In this document: piece after piece, positions 46,320 to 59,445 of the stretch | Position numbering within the stretch: the first letter of the stretch is position 1 | How the letters are laid out: each line of letters begins with the position of its first letter | Program-made: the position numbers and the translations under genes | Source of the DNA: Balamuthia mandrillaris | Taxonomy: Eukaryota | Direction of reading: 5' to 3' | Assembly (NCBI GenBank): GCA_031835245.2 | Contig: JAVKOQ020000091.1 | Coordinates: forward strand, 124,001-183,445 | Length of the DNA stretch: 59,445 bases | Notes under the pieces: generated by a model | The model's input: only the letters and a program-made list of their open reading frames with translations | Told to the model about the DNA's origin: nothing | The model's database searches: none

Positions 46320-48635
46320 TCGTTTTGTTCTAATTATGCCAAAAACCGTTTTCATCACTAAACTGCTAGTTATATTCCGAGCCCGCAAGCGATTCACCGC
46401 TATGTGACACGGTCTTCCAGTGACAGATACTTTCTTTGGATAAACAAACGGCCCGTAGATATACCTTCTATTGCCAAGCTCCTAAACCATGCTGTTCGCA
46501 CGCGTTTCGACCTTCCTTCTGGCCGCTATCCTTTCATAGCCCTGAATGTCGCTGTGGCTGCCTCTTCCTACGACATTAACTGCAGGTTTGTCTTCTGTTG
46601 TATTTGCTTTTGATCTTCTTGTTCACCCTGTTTTTCTCTCTGCCTGCTTCAGTCCAGATAAACGTACCATAGTTTTGCACGACGAAACAGAAATTCTTTC
46701 TCATCTGCAACAATTTTTGGAGGATTTCTATCCTCCACGCGATGAAAGAGACGAATATGCCCAAAGCGATCGTCTCTCTCCCACACAAGATATTTCACTT
46801 TCGTATGAACAAACAGAACAAGATAACATCCTGTTTGTTCGTCTTGGAGGAAAAAGCACACAGAAAGAACGTGATGATGCTTCGTCGTCGTCATCATCTT
46901 CCTCGACTTCCCAATTTATGCATGAAGGTGGAGATGAACCACCAACCCAACCGTATCCTCCTACGAGAACAACCACTGAAGATGAACCTGAAGAAGAGTA
47001 CAGTTTTTGCACTCTTTTTTGTTTCTGTTCTACACTAACAATGTCCCCTTCATTCATTACTTGGTTACTAGAATCGAGCCAATGACCCAGGTTTACGGAT
47101 TAGAGACGCAACAGCCAAACAGCAACCTTGCAAGAGATCAAAATTTTGAACGACTTGAAGAGGTAGTTGGAGGTGAACCAGAACCGGTGGAAGATTTCGA
47201 GGAATCAGTAGCCTCTTATTCCACTTCCACTCCGCTTCCCTTTGCTTCTCGCCCTTCTTCAGATTCTGCAATGATGACTATGGACTCAAGACCTCGTTCT
47301 CGCTTCTCCTCCGACTCTTCTTCTTCTTCCTCTTCTTCTGCGTCTATATTTTCTTCTACACAGCAACATTGGAGTTCAACCCCAAAACGAAAGTTTGACG
47401 CCTTTTTGATTGACGATGAAGAGGAAGAAGAGCCGTTCAGGTTGCATAGACAAGACCGAGGCAGCAACAATAACGACAACAATAACGCCAACAAAGCTGC
47501 AAGAACTTCTTTGGATGATGTAGACGTTCACACCAGACGAGACCAAGATGCTTTTTCTGCTACACCCTCTGGCGTTTCTCCGTCTCCTTCAACGCGAGGA
47601 CCCTCCACCTTGCTTCGAATGGCTGAGGGATTGGGCCAAGAGTTTGCTCAACGCATGAGAACATTGGAACAAGAAGAAGAGGACGAAGAACGCGATATCG
47701 ACCTCTTTGTAGATATTAACGCCATCACGCAACGATGTGATCGTGCATCCGCCATTACAGCCAAGCTCGACCTTCTTTCTTCTCAAAACAGTCAAAACGA
47801 AAATGAAGACAACCACAACGGCACTAACCACGCTGAACCTTCTTCTTCTTCTACATTTGAAGTGGTTGGAGCAATAGACCACAAAGAAGCAACTCGTATT
47901 CCTTTTCATGTCGTTAAGTCAGGAAAAGCGTTGCTCCTTCTCAACACGCAGCACGTACAGGAGACGCTTCGGTTTCAGCAACTACTCTCGTCTGCTGTGC
48001 TGCATAGATTTTCTGTAGAACCTCTTCCTACTCCCATTCCTCTTACTGTGGATAGATTACTTCACGTTTGGCCCAACACTTCTGCTTCTACTGTCAACGC
48101 AGGTGCAAAAGAGAAAGGGAAAGAAATAGTAACAACAACAACTAGACAAGAGGGCAGGTTAAGAGAAAGAATCGGACGAGCACTTTCTTTATTATCATCA
48201 ACGAAAACACAAGCTGGGAGAGTACGTTCTCCGAAGGCTGTGTTGCTTGCCAATGGTTTTGATGTTGGATGCGACGACGAGGAAGCAGAAGGCGTTCCTC
48301 ACTGGAAAGGAGTGACAAAGGAACTTGATCCAAGTTATGGTCTTCACGATCTTGCGAAGCTTTTGGATGCTCTTCTTCATCAACAAGAACGAAGAAGAAG
48401 CGAGGAAGAAGAGGAGGAGGAAGCAGAATTGGACGGAGCTAACCTTTGGACGGAGCAAGTTAAACGGTTATTCGAGGAAGAAGCGAAGCGGTTTGCAGAG
48501 AAAGAAAGTAGGAACTTGGTGGAGGGAGCAACAGTGAAGAACGTGTTGGAACAGTTGCGGAAGGAAACGAAGGAGTGGCCAGAGGTATCCCCTCGCGGCC
48601 AAACCTTGTTACGCTTTTTACATACTCTGTCTTGA
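45146..48635 (+). CDS. PMS1: MutL-family mismatch-repair protein, human-PMS1 type, multi-exon
   Basis: GHKL ATPase motifs VVKELVENAIDGGAT, VKDNGRGI, TTSKL, TFGFRGEALNSI, GTTVRVTNLF; transducer WINKRPVD, YDIN-SPDKRTI; C-terminal LLLLNTQHVQETLRFQQLL resembles human PMS1. Confidence 0.8.
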
Positions 48636-49678
48636 ACCTTCCTTCTTTTTGATACCAAAAAAAATGTGTAAATGTCCCTCTCTGCATCCTCATCTCCCCT
48701 CTTTCTCGTTGCACTTCTTCTTCTTCATTCTTTTGCTTCTCTTCTTCCTCTTGCACCAAACTATCGATAGTGTGAGGCTTGTAGCCATTCAGAATGGCTA
48801 CAACGTTCTTCTGCTTCGCTTCTTCTTCTATTGTTCTTCTCCTTGTTCTTCTTCTTCTTGTTCTTCTTGTTCTTCTTCTGCTTCTTCTTCTTCTTCCTCT
48901 TCTTTCTCTTCTTCTTCTTCTTCTTGTTCTTCTTCTTCTCCTTCTTCTTCTTCTTCTCCTTCTTCTTCTTCTTCTCCTTTTTTCTTCGTTCCTGTTCGTA
49001 AAATGAATGAAGCGTGCTCCTTTTAAGGTGGTTAGGGAATAGGGTTTTTAAGGAGTTACCAGCAAGCCGATCCGGCGAGACACCAAGAGTCCTCAGATGT
49101 TTCCGGGCATATTGATACAACGCCCGCAACGGATTAGACGTTTTCCGGCCCGCATGGCTTCTTTCTTTCAAACGTCTACAACAATGTAGCGCGTCTCTAC
49201 GTGCTCCAAAATTATCGTTTCTTTCATCATTGCAACCTCAAAAAGTTTTCACGAAACAGCAAAAAAAAATAAAATAAAATAAAATAAAATAAAAAAGTGC
49301 ACCGAAAAGAAAAAATAAAATAAAGAAACCGAAAAAAAAAAAGACTTTGACGAGCAAGACAAGCCATTCAGGCTTTTTGAGGGCGAGGAGCGTTATAACA
49401 CTTTGGCCGCGCCCTCGCAACGTTGTTGGGGCGAAAAAAAACTCACCTCTCTCTTTTTCATAAAACCGACGTCTTCAAAGAGAGCTATCAGCTTTCATTT
49501 TTTTTTAAAAAATAAGATCGGTTACCGGTACCGCTTTCTCGTTTGTTACACAGTCTCTGCTTTGCTTTTCATTTTTTTTTTATAAAAAACTTATTCTCTC
49601 CTTTTCATTCTTGTTTGCTTGTTTGTTCTTTGTTTGTGGAGAGCAGGTCCCATTTATAAAAAAGAAAGAAAAAGCGCG

Positions 49679-52600
49679 ATGGGGCAGCATCAATCGGCAC
49701 TGGGCGGAAACCCAGGAGAGAACAACCAACCGGATGGCTCCGCGGCCACCAAGACCAACCAAGACCTCTTGTGGGACATATTCAACAACAATGCTCTCCT
49801 GGAGCAGCAGATCTCCTCCAACCGCTACATCGCCTCCTCCTCCGCCGCAGCGGAAGCGGAGGACCCCTCCTCCCAATTCCGCCTGAGGCAAGATTATTTC
49901 GACGAGGACACGGAGAAGAGCTACCGGGCCAACGAGAAGTACTACCACGGCAGCACGAAATGGTGGTCCGCCCTGCTCTCGCGTCCTCTCTTCGAGGCGC
50001 AAGAAGCGCCGGCACAGACGCAAGCACAGGGCGAGAGGCAGCTCGCCAGGGAGCTGGCCCAGACCATTGCGGTCATGAGGGAGGAGACCGGAACCGCGCA
50101 GGTCCTCAAAGACTCGAGCTTTGACAAGAGGACCGGCTTTTTGATGCACTTCTACAAGGAACTTGCTGATAAAGCGGCCGATTGTTCTGAGGTTTGTTCA
50201 TTCCTTCCATCATTTGGGCTTGCTTTTTGCTATCGTTTCTCTCACCAAAACACAACAACAAACGTAGAGCACAAAAGCGTTCATTTCTATGACAGTGGCG
50301 GAGGAACGAGCGGCTGCTGCGGAAGGAAGCAAAACCCAGGGAACCATTCCGCCTGGCGTACGCCTGTCCATCCGCACCACAATGCAAATCGTGCTGGCCA
50401 TGTTAAACGACAGCACTCGCAACAACCCCTCTTTGTGTGCCCACATACTGGACATTCTTATCAACGCTTTGACGGAAGCACCAGCCCTTTGTTTGCACAA
50501 AGACGACATTCCTAGGTACCATTTTCTTATTCTATCTTTCTTTTCTGCTATCACAATTGACACAAGAGTAAAACATCGAACACGAAACAACCAAAGTACC
50601 TCTCCCTATGTTCAGGTAATATCTGACGGCGTTGCCGAAGTAAGCAAGTTCCTCGCCGTAACAGTGGGGACCTTCAAAGGCAACACCCCGGAAGAAACCC
50701 ACCTCATCAAAACAAAAGCCATAGAAGCTCTTCTTGCCCTCAACATCGCCTCTGGCTCCTTCGAAAGCTCTGTAATGCTTGTGAAGCTCTTGCTTTCTCT
50801 CCACGAAGAAGAGAATCAACAGCAAGAATCTACTTCTTCACACTTTTACTCTCTTCGATGCCCTCAATCGTTGGTATACCTCCTTCAAACGTTGGAAGAG
50901 CCAATCCTTGCTGCGCTACCCAAAGGCATTCAACATGCCGTTTCCTCTGTAACTCAACAAACAGAGCAACAACAAGTGAGACCATGGCAACTGCTTTCCT
51001 TCTTCCTCTGTCAGCTGTTCTCCGTGTGTGTTCTAGAGGAGGAGGAACGACAAGCCAAGGACAGTGCTGCGGCCCTTTCCTTGCCCTTCATCATGAATAT
51101 CAACAAAGAGAGCTTCCAAACGTTATACACTATCTCCACCTCCTGTCGTAACCTTGGCAAGCAACAAAAGCAACAGCAAGAACAAACTGACCAAAGCAGT
51201 ATCTACGACTTTGCCTTGCTGCTCATTTTCAAAATGCTTAAAGTGCATTTTCGACACTTGTCTCTGGCTCGGATACAGCCGAAGGACGTGGGCTTGGCTT
51301 GGCCCGAAACACCAAGCGGAAAGGAGGAAGAGGATAAAGAAAGCAAAGTGTTAGTGGACAAGATATCATCGCTTCTGCGTTACTACATCTTCCAGGCACA
51401 AGGAGAGAGCGAGACAGAGCAGCAGATCCAATTGGAGGCCTGCCAAACTCTTGCCTACGCTCTGGACTACGTCGTTCCCAATCAGAGCGAGCAGCTGAAT
51501 CTCCTCGTGAACGCCCTCCAGGAAGTAAATGCCAAACAAGAGGAGAAGAAAGCTACTGCTTCTGCTTCTGCTTCTGCTTCTCTTCCCGTCGGTGATACGA
51601 CATCCTCTTCTTCTTCCTATAGCGGTGCCTACTTTTTGGAGAAAATGTTGGCGCAACTTTCGGATGCTGCAGCAGTCAACCGGCTCTTCAAGCCGAGTGA
51701 AACAAAGAACAAGACCGAGCAAGCCGAAAAGAAGAAAGAGAAAGACGAAGATAACGTGCAGACGATTCTTCCTCTGATCTTCTCCTATTCTAAACATCAG
51801 TTGGAGCGATCGTTGGAGCGACAGCTGTCGTCTCCGTCATCAAAGAAAGAAGGCGAAGAGGCTAGGCCTGGTTACGTTCGTTTCTTACTTACTTTGCAGA
51901 ACTACATCTTTGCTTCTTTGGCCGAGCAACAACCACAACAAAGCAAAACCGAAGCAGGAGAAGAGAAAGAAATAGAGTCAGAAGAGCAAAAAGCAAAACT
52001 AGAGCAACGCAAACAACAACAGTACTATCTCCGCCAATACTATACACTTCAAGCCATGAATCACTTCCAAGAACAACTCGAGAGCGTTCGCTCCGTTGTG
52101 TCCCACCACAACGCACAAAGTGGAAAAGAAGCTACTGCCGGACTAGGAGCACAAAAGACTGAGCAGCTGCTTCGCTTCCTTACCCGCTCTTCCACCTTTG
52201 CTTTATTGCCAGCCTTGGCATCCTCTTTTATGTTGGACCTCTCTCACTCTTCTGCTTCGTCATCCTCTTCTTATCCCGATCTCACGCGTGAGCTTATGAC
52301 GAAGGTGCTCGCTTTCTTGCGGAACGTGGAGAGTTTGCAGTCAGAGCTCGCTGTTGGCTCGGCTAGTGGCGCTTCTGCGTCGGCATCCTCCTACGGACTT
52401 ACTATAGTGGAGACGCTTCATTCCTATGCGAACAACATGGACATTTGCAAGCATGTGGCAATATCGGATGCTAGCGGTCTCACTCTCGAGTTTGACGAGA
52501 ACAGCCGCACAGAAGAAACGTACGTTTCGGCGTTTTCTTTTCTTTTCTATTCTTTTTTGTTTTTTTTTTTAAAGAAGAGAAAAAAAGTCTTATAGCTACT

Positions 52601-55600
52601 CTGAAACTACAAAACAAACAAAAAGGCACGACTGGCTAAAGCTATTCTTGGCTCCCAACAACTGCAACCAATTCCAAGAGCAACTGACCGGTGGCACCCA
52701 CAAATGGCCCAAGCACCCCCTCCACGTCCCCTCCAACGCCGTTTGGTTCATGTTCCACTCGGACGCCTCCAACGTGGACTGGGGCTTCCGCTGCAAGGTC
52801 AAGTACACCATCAAGAACCGCTTCTGGCTGCCGGAGATGGAGAGGACCCTGCTCTGGATTGTCGTCAAGATCGCCATGAAGATGATGGGTTCCTACACTG
52901 ACAAGGAGCTGCGTTACCTTCCCTGGCTCAACTCCAACCTTCTCAAAGCTGGTATGTCTCAGCAAAGCATCTATGAGGAAGAGAGCAAAGGCAAAGCCGT
53001 TTCCTCAACAACAGAAGAAGAGACGGAGTTCTTGAGAGACCTCATAGAGTTGCGTGGGGACGCTGGTCGCATGCACAAGAAGTTCATCCCCTCCCACCTC
53101 TCCTCATCAGCCTCGCAACTTGCGGGCATCACCTCCAAGTCCGTGGACCGCGCGGTCAGGGTGGTGGTGGCTGCCATCCTGCATCACGCTCATCTCACTC
53201 CCGATGCCATCAAGTTTGCTAACGAGGGCTCCTCTTCCAATCCCTCACCAGCTTTGAAGAGGGCCTATCGCTACGGCTACAAGGTGAAGAAGTGGTTCAT
53301 TCAGCAGCGTCAAAAGGAGGCCAACCAAGGCTCGGAGAGCGACAGTCGCAGCGTGTATGACCGTCTCGCAGAGAAGGTCTCGCAGAAGGCGGAGTGTTTG
53401 CTTCGCTTTACTCCCGTGCTTTCTCGCGAGCAACACTTGGAGAAGACTGGTGCCCTGAAGAGTCAACAGCAACAACGTTCTGTCTCTTTGCGTCGCAGCG
53501 TGGACAGATTGATCGTTCAGGCCGGTGGACAAGTCCCTTCTACGGTAGCTTCAATAGACGACGACAGCAATGACGACGTGTCGTCTGTCTTGGGAGGAGG
53601 TTCTCTTCTGGCCTTGGCAGAAGGCCCAGGAGCTCCTTCTTGGTACTGGGAGCCAGCTGCTCATGCCATTCTTTCCTTTGTGCAGTCGGAGGAGGTCAAC
53701 GCGGAGGACGTGGAGGAGTGCGTGCGGCTGAGGAAGCAAAGGGCCAACGACAGGGCAGAGTGCCTTGCCCTGTTCGCTGACATTGTGACGTCGTTGAAGA
53801 GCTGCTCCTCGCCGGCTCTCTTGCAGGAAGTCATGGCTCTTGTTGGATGGGCCTTGAAGAGCTATGCTCCTCTGAACGATGGAGGTGGCAAGAAGGAGCA
53901 GAGGGACAAGAACCTGGAGAAGGTGTTGAAAGCAAGGACGAAGGGACTTCATCACTACAGCCACGACCTTCAATGCGCCGGAGCGGAGCTGCAGCAAAAA
54001 GTTTCGGACGCGTTCTATCCTCTCTACAAGACTCTACTCTCTCTGCTCGATTCCAGAGCGACCGACGCATCTACTTCCGTGATGCAGGCTTCCGCTTTTG
54101 TATGTGACTGCCTTGCTCTTAAGTTCCACACAGAGAACGACTTTGAGTTCCTTCTCGAGAGCGATATCTTCCAGAAGATTTTGCCACTCGTTCTTGAAGT
54201 GCCATCTGCTTCTACTGCTTCTTCTTCTCTAGCCTCTTCTTCGTCTTCTCCTTCTTCTTCTGACACCGATAAAGGAAAAGAAAAACAAGAACCTGCACAA
54301 GAACAGCAACGAGAAGGAGAGTCTTCTTCATCCTCTGAAGAACAACAAAAGCCTAAACTCAAAGCAAGAAGAATCATCATCGCCAGCAAAGATGACATGG
54401 AGTCAGGAGGACAACAGGAAGGCTGGATAGACGTGGAGGACGAGGAGGACATTCGCTTCCTTATGGGCGGGACCGACGACACAGAAAGCAAAGCCAAGCA
54501 AGAGCGCTTCATAGCTCTCTACAAGAAGCGACAAGCCGCTTGGCTCTTGTTGCAAACTATTGCTTTGCAATGCATCCACCCGTCTTCCAAAGCTAACAGC
54601 AACAAGTCGGGAACAACGACGACCCATCTCTATCCTGCTCAGCTCAAGTTGACACAACAGTTGTTGGATCTTCTTCACGAGCACTTGAACAACTCTTGGA
54701 AGGAGAACACCACTTTGTTTACTGGTGAGAATGGCCCTCGTCGTGTCTCCTTCTTTGGCAAGGGTCTTGGCAAGCGACCCAAACAAACAAAGCTCTTCCG
54801 CCTCAGCGAGGACTGGTCAAAAGACATTGACCAAACAGCTCTCTCTCCAGCGGACATTGGTCTCCTTTTGTTCTCTCTGGCCTCTGCTTCGGCCGTTGTT
54901 CGAGCGGAGCTCTGCACTCCCAAATGGATGTGCCTGTTGATGACTTTCCTCAAAGAGGAAAACGAGGAAGTACCGCCTTTGTTGGTTCCTGAGGAAGCAA
55001 AGGAAGCGGAGAAGGCCAAGGAGAAAGAGAAGGAGGAAGAACAGGAAACAGAGGAAAAGAAAGAGGAAAAGAAGAGGAAACGGGAGATAAGGAGATTGTT
55101 GAAGATATACAACGGAACCAAATCTTTCATGAAGGTGTTAGTCACCCATTTGTTCTCCATCACTTTGCCACAGGTGGATCCCAACAACATCAACAACAAC
55201 GCCAACAACGAATGCAACCAACTGGCAAAGCAAATAGCGGACGAGCTTCTCTCTGGCATCGGTCAAGGCTTAGGTGTGGCGTCTTTCCTCAGCATTGCTG
55301 TTGCCAAGCCAGCTCAGGAAGGAGAGGACGAAGAAGCAGCGCTAGAGAAGGAGTTACAGCATGTCAACCGATTGCCTGCTCTCTCCACGGCTGCCTCCAA
55401 TATGCTCCAAGCGCTGCAACGCTTGTTGAAGAGCTCAGAGCATTGGAAGACCTATATCACTACGTGGGTCATGCAACGTCTGCAAAGCGCCTTGCCAAAG
55501 GTTCTTCCAGCTTTGTTGCTCTCTGGTGAACCACAACAGCAAGCACAGCTCTCGGCACTCATCCAAGAGTCCGTGACTGCTCTTTCCTTGATGGGCAAAC

Positions 55601-58600
55601 GAGGCGTACATTTCACTCCAGGCACCAGAGTCGACCCTCAAGAACCTGTGGTAAGCCATCCGGCACATGCTGTTGGTTTTGTAAAATCTTTCGTTTCTAA
55701 CCGTTTCGCATCTCTCTCTCTCTCTCTCTCTCTCTCATCAAGTTCCACGGAAAAAGTTCTATATTCTCTGTTAGGGACTATACAGAGCTCTATTTGCACG
55801 TTGGCAATGATACGACACAAACGTGGACCCAACCCAAAGACCTCAAGTTGATGCCCGAGGTACAGTTCTTTTTTTATTATTTTTTGTTTTTATTATTAAC
55901 TTGCTCTTTTCATTCTACATTCACAGAAGACAGATGTGACGGCCGAGTTTCTTAACTGCGCCAAACAAATGTTGTCTTTGTTACCTCTGTTCATCGCTAG
56001 TATTCCACCGCAACAAGAAGAGGATGCCAAGCTGTTGCTTGCTGCCAGTTCCGCAGATGAGCCTGAGAACATAAACTATAGAACTCTTTATCATCCTCGC
56101 TGCAAGGATCTTCTCTCGTCCATTGCCTATGCCGAGTTGCAGAGACTTTACTTTAGGACCTTAAGCATGTTCGTGCAACATGCGGATGTTAGACAGGCAC
56201 TTTTGCAAGATCAAGGTTTCTTCTGCTGTTCTTCTTCTGCTTCCTCTTCCTCTTCCTCCTCTATTGTCTCATTCTCGTCTCACATTTTTCAACAAACAAG
56301 GACTTTTGCAAGCTCTTCTGCACATTGTGCTTGACCAGAACAAGGAGGACGGTGCATTGACGCTCACCGCCCAAGAGACTCTGCTTGGAGAGTTAGAGCT
56401 GGAGTGCAGCGCCAGAGGCGCGGTCTACGCAAAAGCCAAACGTGACAGAGCAGCGTTGGCGACCAGTCTGCAGCGACTCAACTTCCCGCTGCAGAAATGT
56501 AACTCGGCGTTGGAGGCCACCGGATATGATGTGTTGGAGAGCTATAGAACTTTGTTGGTATGTATTCAACATCCAGATGTTTCTTCAGCAACGTCTAGTT
56601 TTGTTCTTTTGTGCTTTCTTTGTTCCTTCTTTCTTATTCTTCTATTTCTTTGTCTATTTTTGTGCTCGTTTTACTTTTGTAGAAGGAGAAGTTGCTGCAA
56701 CCTAAGGGAAAGAACCCTACCAAAGATTCCCTACGTACGTTTCCTCTTCTTTGTTTTCCTTTCGTTCTTTATTTAACGGAAGCATCATTACAAAACATTA
56801 TAGCGTTGAGCCTGGAGAACTATATCTGGTCACCTGCAACACACAGTCAGCTCGATGATGTGTCCATCAGACTTATGGACGACCCTAGCAAGACCACCAC
56901 CTCCGCTTTGTCCATGTTGTTCGATCCAGCGGATGCTTCTCGCCCTCCTATTTGGTTCGAGATCCTCCAAATGATGCATCGCCTCTCCTCGCATTACGCT
57001 TTGGACTCCTTGATCCGTCTTATCCTCCACTTCCCTGCTCTTTCTCCTTCTTCTGCTCCTTCTCCTGTATCTTCATCCTCCTCTTCGAAGAAAGGCAAAG
57101 AGAAAGAAGGCGGAGAGGAGCAGAGCGAGTCGCTGTACACCTCTCTTTGGTCGCTGCTCCGACAGCCTTCTACCCTGGCGACCTTCACCAAACGCGTTTT
57201 GGGTGTCCGGTTGAACAAAGAGAGCTACCAGCCCATTGACGTCATGCAAGCGCTAACCGTCCTCACTCGTTGGTCCGAGAAAGAGACTCTCGACAAAGCC
57301 ATGGTTCTCAGCGCTCCTCCCTCCAAACCAACTCCTTCGTCTTCCTCCATGAAGGAAAAGGAAGAAGAAGAAAAGGACAAACCTTCAGCAGAAGCAACGT
57401 TGGCTCGTCTCGTGGCAGAGATGACCAGTTTCCTCTCCACCACTCCCAAACATTTGGCCTCCATCAAAGTGCATCTGGAGGAGTCGGAGCATCCTTATCC
57501 CAACGAGGCAGACTATGAGAAGACCATCAAGCTGGATGGAGCCGAACGACTCATCATCATCTTCGACAAGGAAACTTTGACCGAGAACAACTACGACTGG
57601 CTGCGCTTCTACCAGCCAGACACGCGAGAGCTGATCCATCAGTTCAGCGGACCTTTTACTCAGTTCAAGAACTTTGCGGTCTCGGGCAACCGCTTGCTGA
57701 TGAAGTTCACCAGCGATGCCACCAACAATTATTGGGGATACAAGTTTTATGTGTTTGGAGTCACTTCTCAAACCTCTGATGAGGTTACAAAGGTTTGCTT
57801 TTTAACGTTTGGTTCTCTCTTTGCCTTCAAACAAACTTAGAATATTAAATAACAGGCGCTCAACTTGCTGGAGCTAGTACTGCGCGTAAGCGAGGGAGAC
57901 AACGCCGCCGAGGTCTACTCTCCTGCAGTCTATACAGCGGAGAATCTCAGGCTGTTGACCAAGGCCGTCAGCAACAGTCTCGATGCTGCCACTCGCACCC
58001 GCATTGTCCGTGCCATCCGCCATCTTATTCATCCTCACTTGCTGAAGCACTATAATACCAAGGTCTCTTTTGCTTCTCACTTCCTCGTTGTCTCCTTCCT
58101 TTGTTTCTTTACCCTCCTTTTTTTTTCTTCTTTCTAAAACTGACTTGCCATTCGTCCATTCATTCAGCCGGATCTTATGGAACTTATAACGACAGTCCAA
58201 AAGTCTGTCGTTGCTCTTTATGCCCAACAAAAAGACGACCCTGTCTACTCTAAATCGCTCCAAGCGTTGATTGATCTCTTGCTTCTTGCCTATAACAGCC
58301 TTGATGTTTCTGAATGTACCCTTCTTTCTACTATGTCATCTTTCAACTCCTTATCATTCTTTTCTTGTTTCAAAACAATATTCACAGATGACTCATTGGA
58401 CTGGTTGTTGGTTGGCACTCACTCTCAACTCAGCTCCATCGACTGGACCAACAAGCAACAAATAGCAGAACTCCGACGCGAGTCCGACTGGGAGAAACGC
58501 AAATGGAAGCCAGTGAGAGGACTGAACGGATGCATCTCAGCTGCAGCCTTCAGCTCACGCACTTCCATCGCTAAGTTGCACGACAACAAGCCCATTGCTC

Positions 58601-58790
58601 TGGTTACTGCTGCTGCAACGAAGACCAACGAGAAAGAAAAAGAAAAAGAAGGAGAGGAGGGAGCACAAGCAACGGTTGAGCCGGATCTCAGCCAGACGCA
58701 GGATGGTTGGACGGTTTGTGGTTGGTTCTCGCTCCCGCTTTGTGAGACGACCGGCAAGAATACTTTGATCCAGTTTGACAACGGAGGTCA

Positions 58791-58822
<32 letters not shown>

Positions 58823-59445
58823 TCTCTCTTCTCTGCTCTATCATCTTTTTAGATTGGTACTGAGTAAGCTCATTACCTATCACGCTATCACAGATCAAAT
58901 CGTTTCCACAATGGAGATTGAGGACGGCAGCGAGCTCTTTGGCTCCACCCTCACCTCCAAGAACATCTCGCTGGCAGTTTGGGAGGCAAGCTCCGAGACA
59001 TACCACCCCATTGCCAATCTGCCTGTGCGTAAACACGAACCTGCTGAAGAAAGCAGTTTCTACGAGTATGAGAGCAGCTGGCACTTTATTACTATCAGGT
59101 ATATTCCTTTCGTTCTTGTGGGGGGATTCTTTTGTTTTATGTTTACTTTTTTCTCCAATAAATAGAGCTGTGGCGGGTGGTCCTGTGCGTGGCTACACAG
59201 CGCAAACACTTAAGACAGAAAGCAGCGACCCACTGTCCTCGACGTACAACCCCTCCGCTTCCATCATCGCCATTGGTAACGGCGTGGATCTTGGCGAGCA
59301 GTTTGGTGCCATCGACCAGCTCCATATCGTAACGGATAAGGCGTTGAGTTCGGCTGAATTGCAGAAGATCCATCAAAAAGGTACATTCTCTTCTATTTTA
59401 AAGTGTTATTTTTATCTCTTGTCGTTTTTCTTTGGTTTTCTCTTT
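49679..59445 (+). CDS. Very large multi-exon protein with two CUB-like modules, a UBA-like segment and a LamG-like segment; HERC2/ZZEF1/HECTD4-like probable E3 ligase (3' end outside window)
   Basis: ETLHSYANNMD...GLTLEFDENSRTE...FHSDASNVDWGF and ESEHPYPNEAD...GAERLIIIFD...FTSDATNNYWGYKFYV resemble the HERC2/ZZEF1 CUB-like module. LQRLNFPLQKCNSALEATGYDV is UBA-like; GWTVCGWF...WHFIT...YNG is LamG-like. MGQHQS start. Confidence 0.6.

Noticed and set aside
48761..49171. 136-aa minus-strand ORF between PMS1 and the giant gene
   Set aside because: Non-ATG start, roughly half microsatellite, no recognisable domain; a decayed fragment cannot be excluded.

Overview
Gene-dense, intron-rich eukaryotic DNA with microsatellite-filled GT-AG introns. 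The style suggests a free-living amoeba (Amoebozoa, Balamuthia/Acanthamoeba-like); this is inference only. Housekeeping genes, in order: SIN1-like 3' end, dynactin p62, an intronless F-box/ankyrin-repeat gene, an AAAP amino-acid transporter, threonine aldolase, short-form RNase Z, a PDI, an F-box/LRR protein, a sedolisin/TPP1, a RhoGAP, two inverted tRNA-Gly genes, NDUFAF4-like, Tom7, a PMS1-type MutL, and the 5' part of a giant HERC2/ZZEF1-like protein. Two items stand out. (1) An ~11 kb tandem array (23.5-34 kb, minus strand) of genes with a prokaryote-type TcmP (three-Cys-motif partner / GMT-wHTH, SAM-methyltransferase-fold) domain fused to eukaryotic coiled-coil/acidic N-termini and split by three shared introns. 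One copy looks intact, two are frameshifted, and one has lost the catalytic domain. (2) An AhpC/TSA (PRXL2C/SelU-like) gene with an in-frame TGA at the UxxC active site and a canonical type II SECIS in its 3' UTR, i.e. a selenoprotein that the ORF track misses. All family calls come from motif recognition by eye, and exon boundaries were hand-derived.
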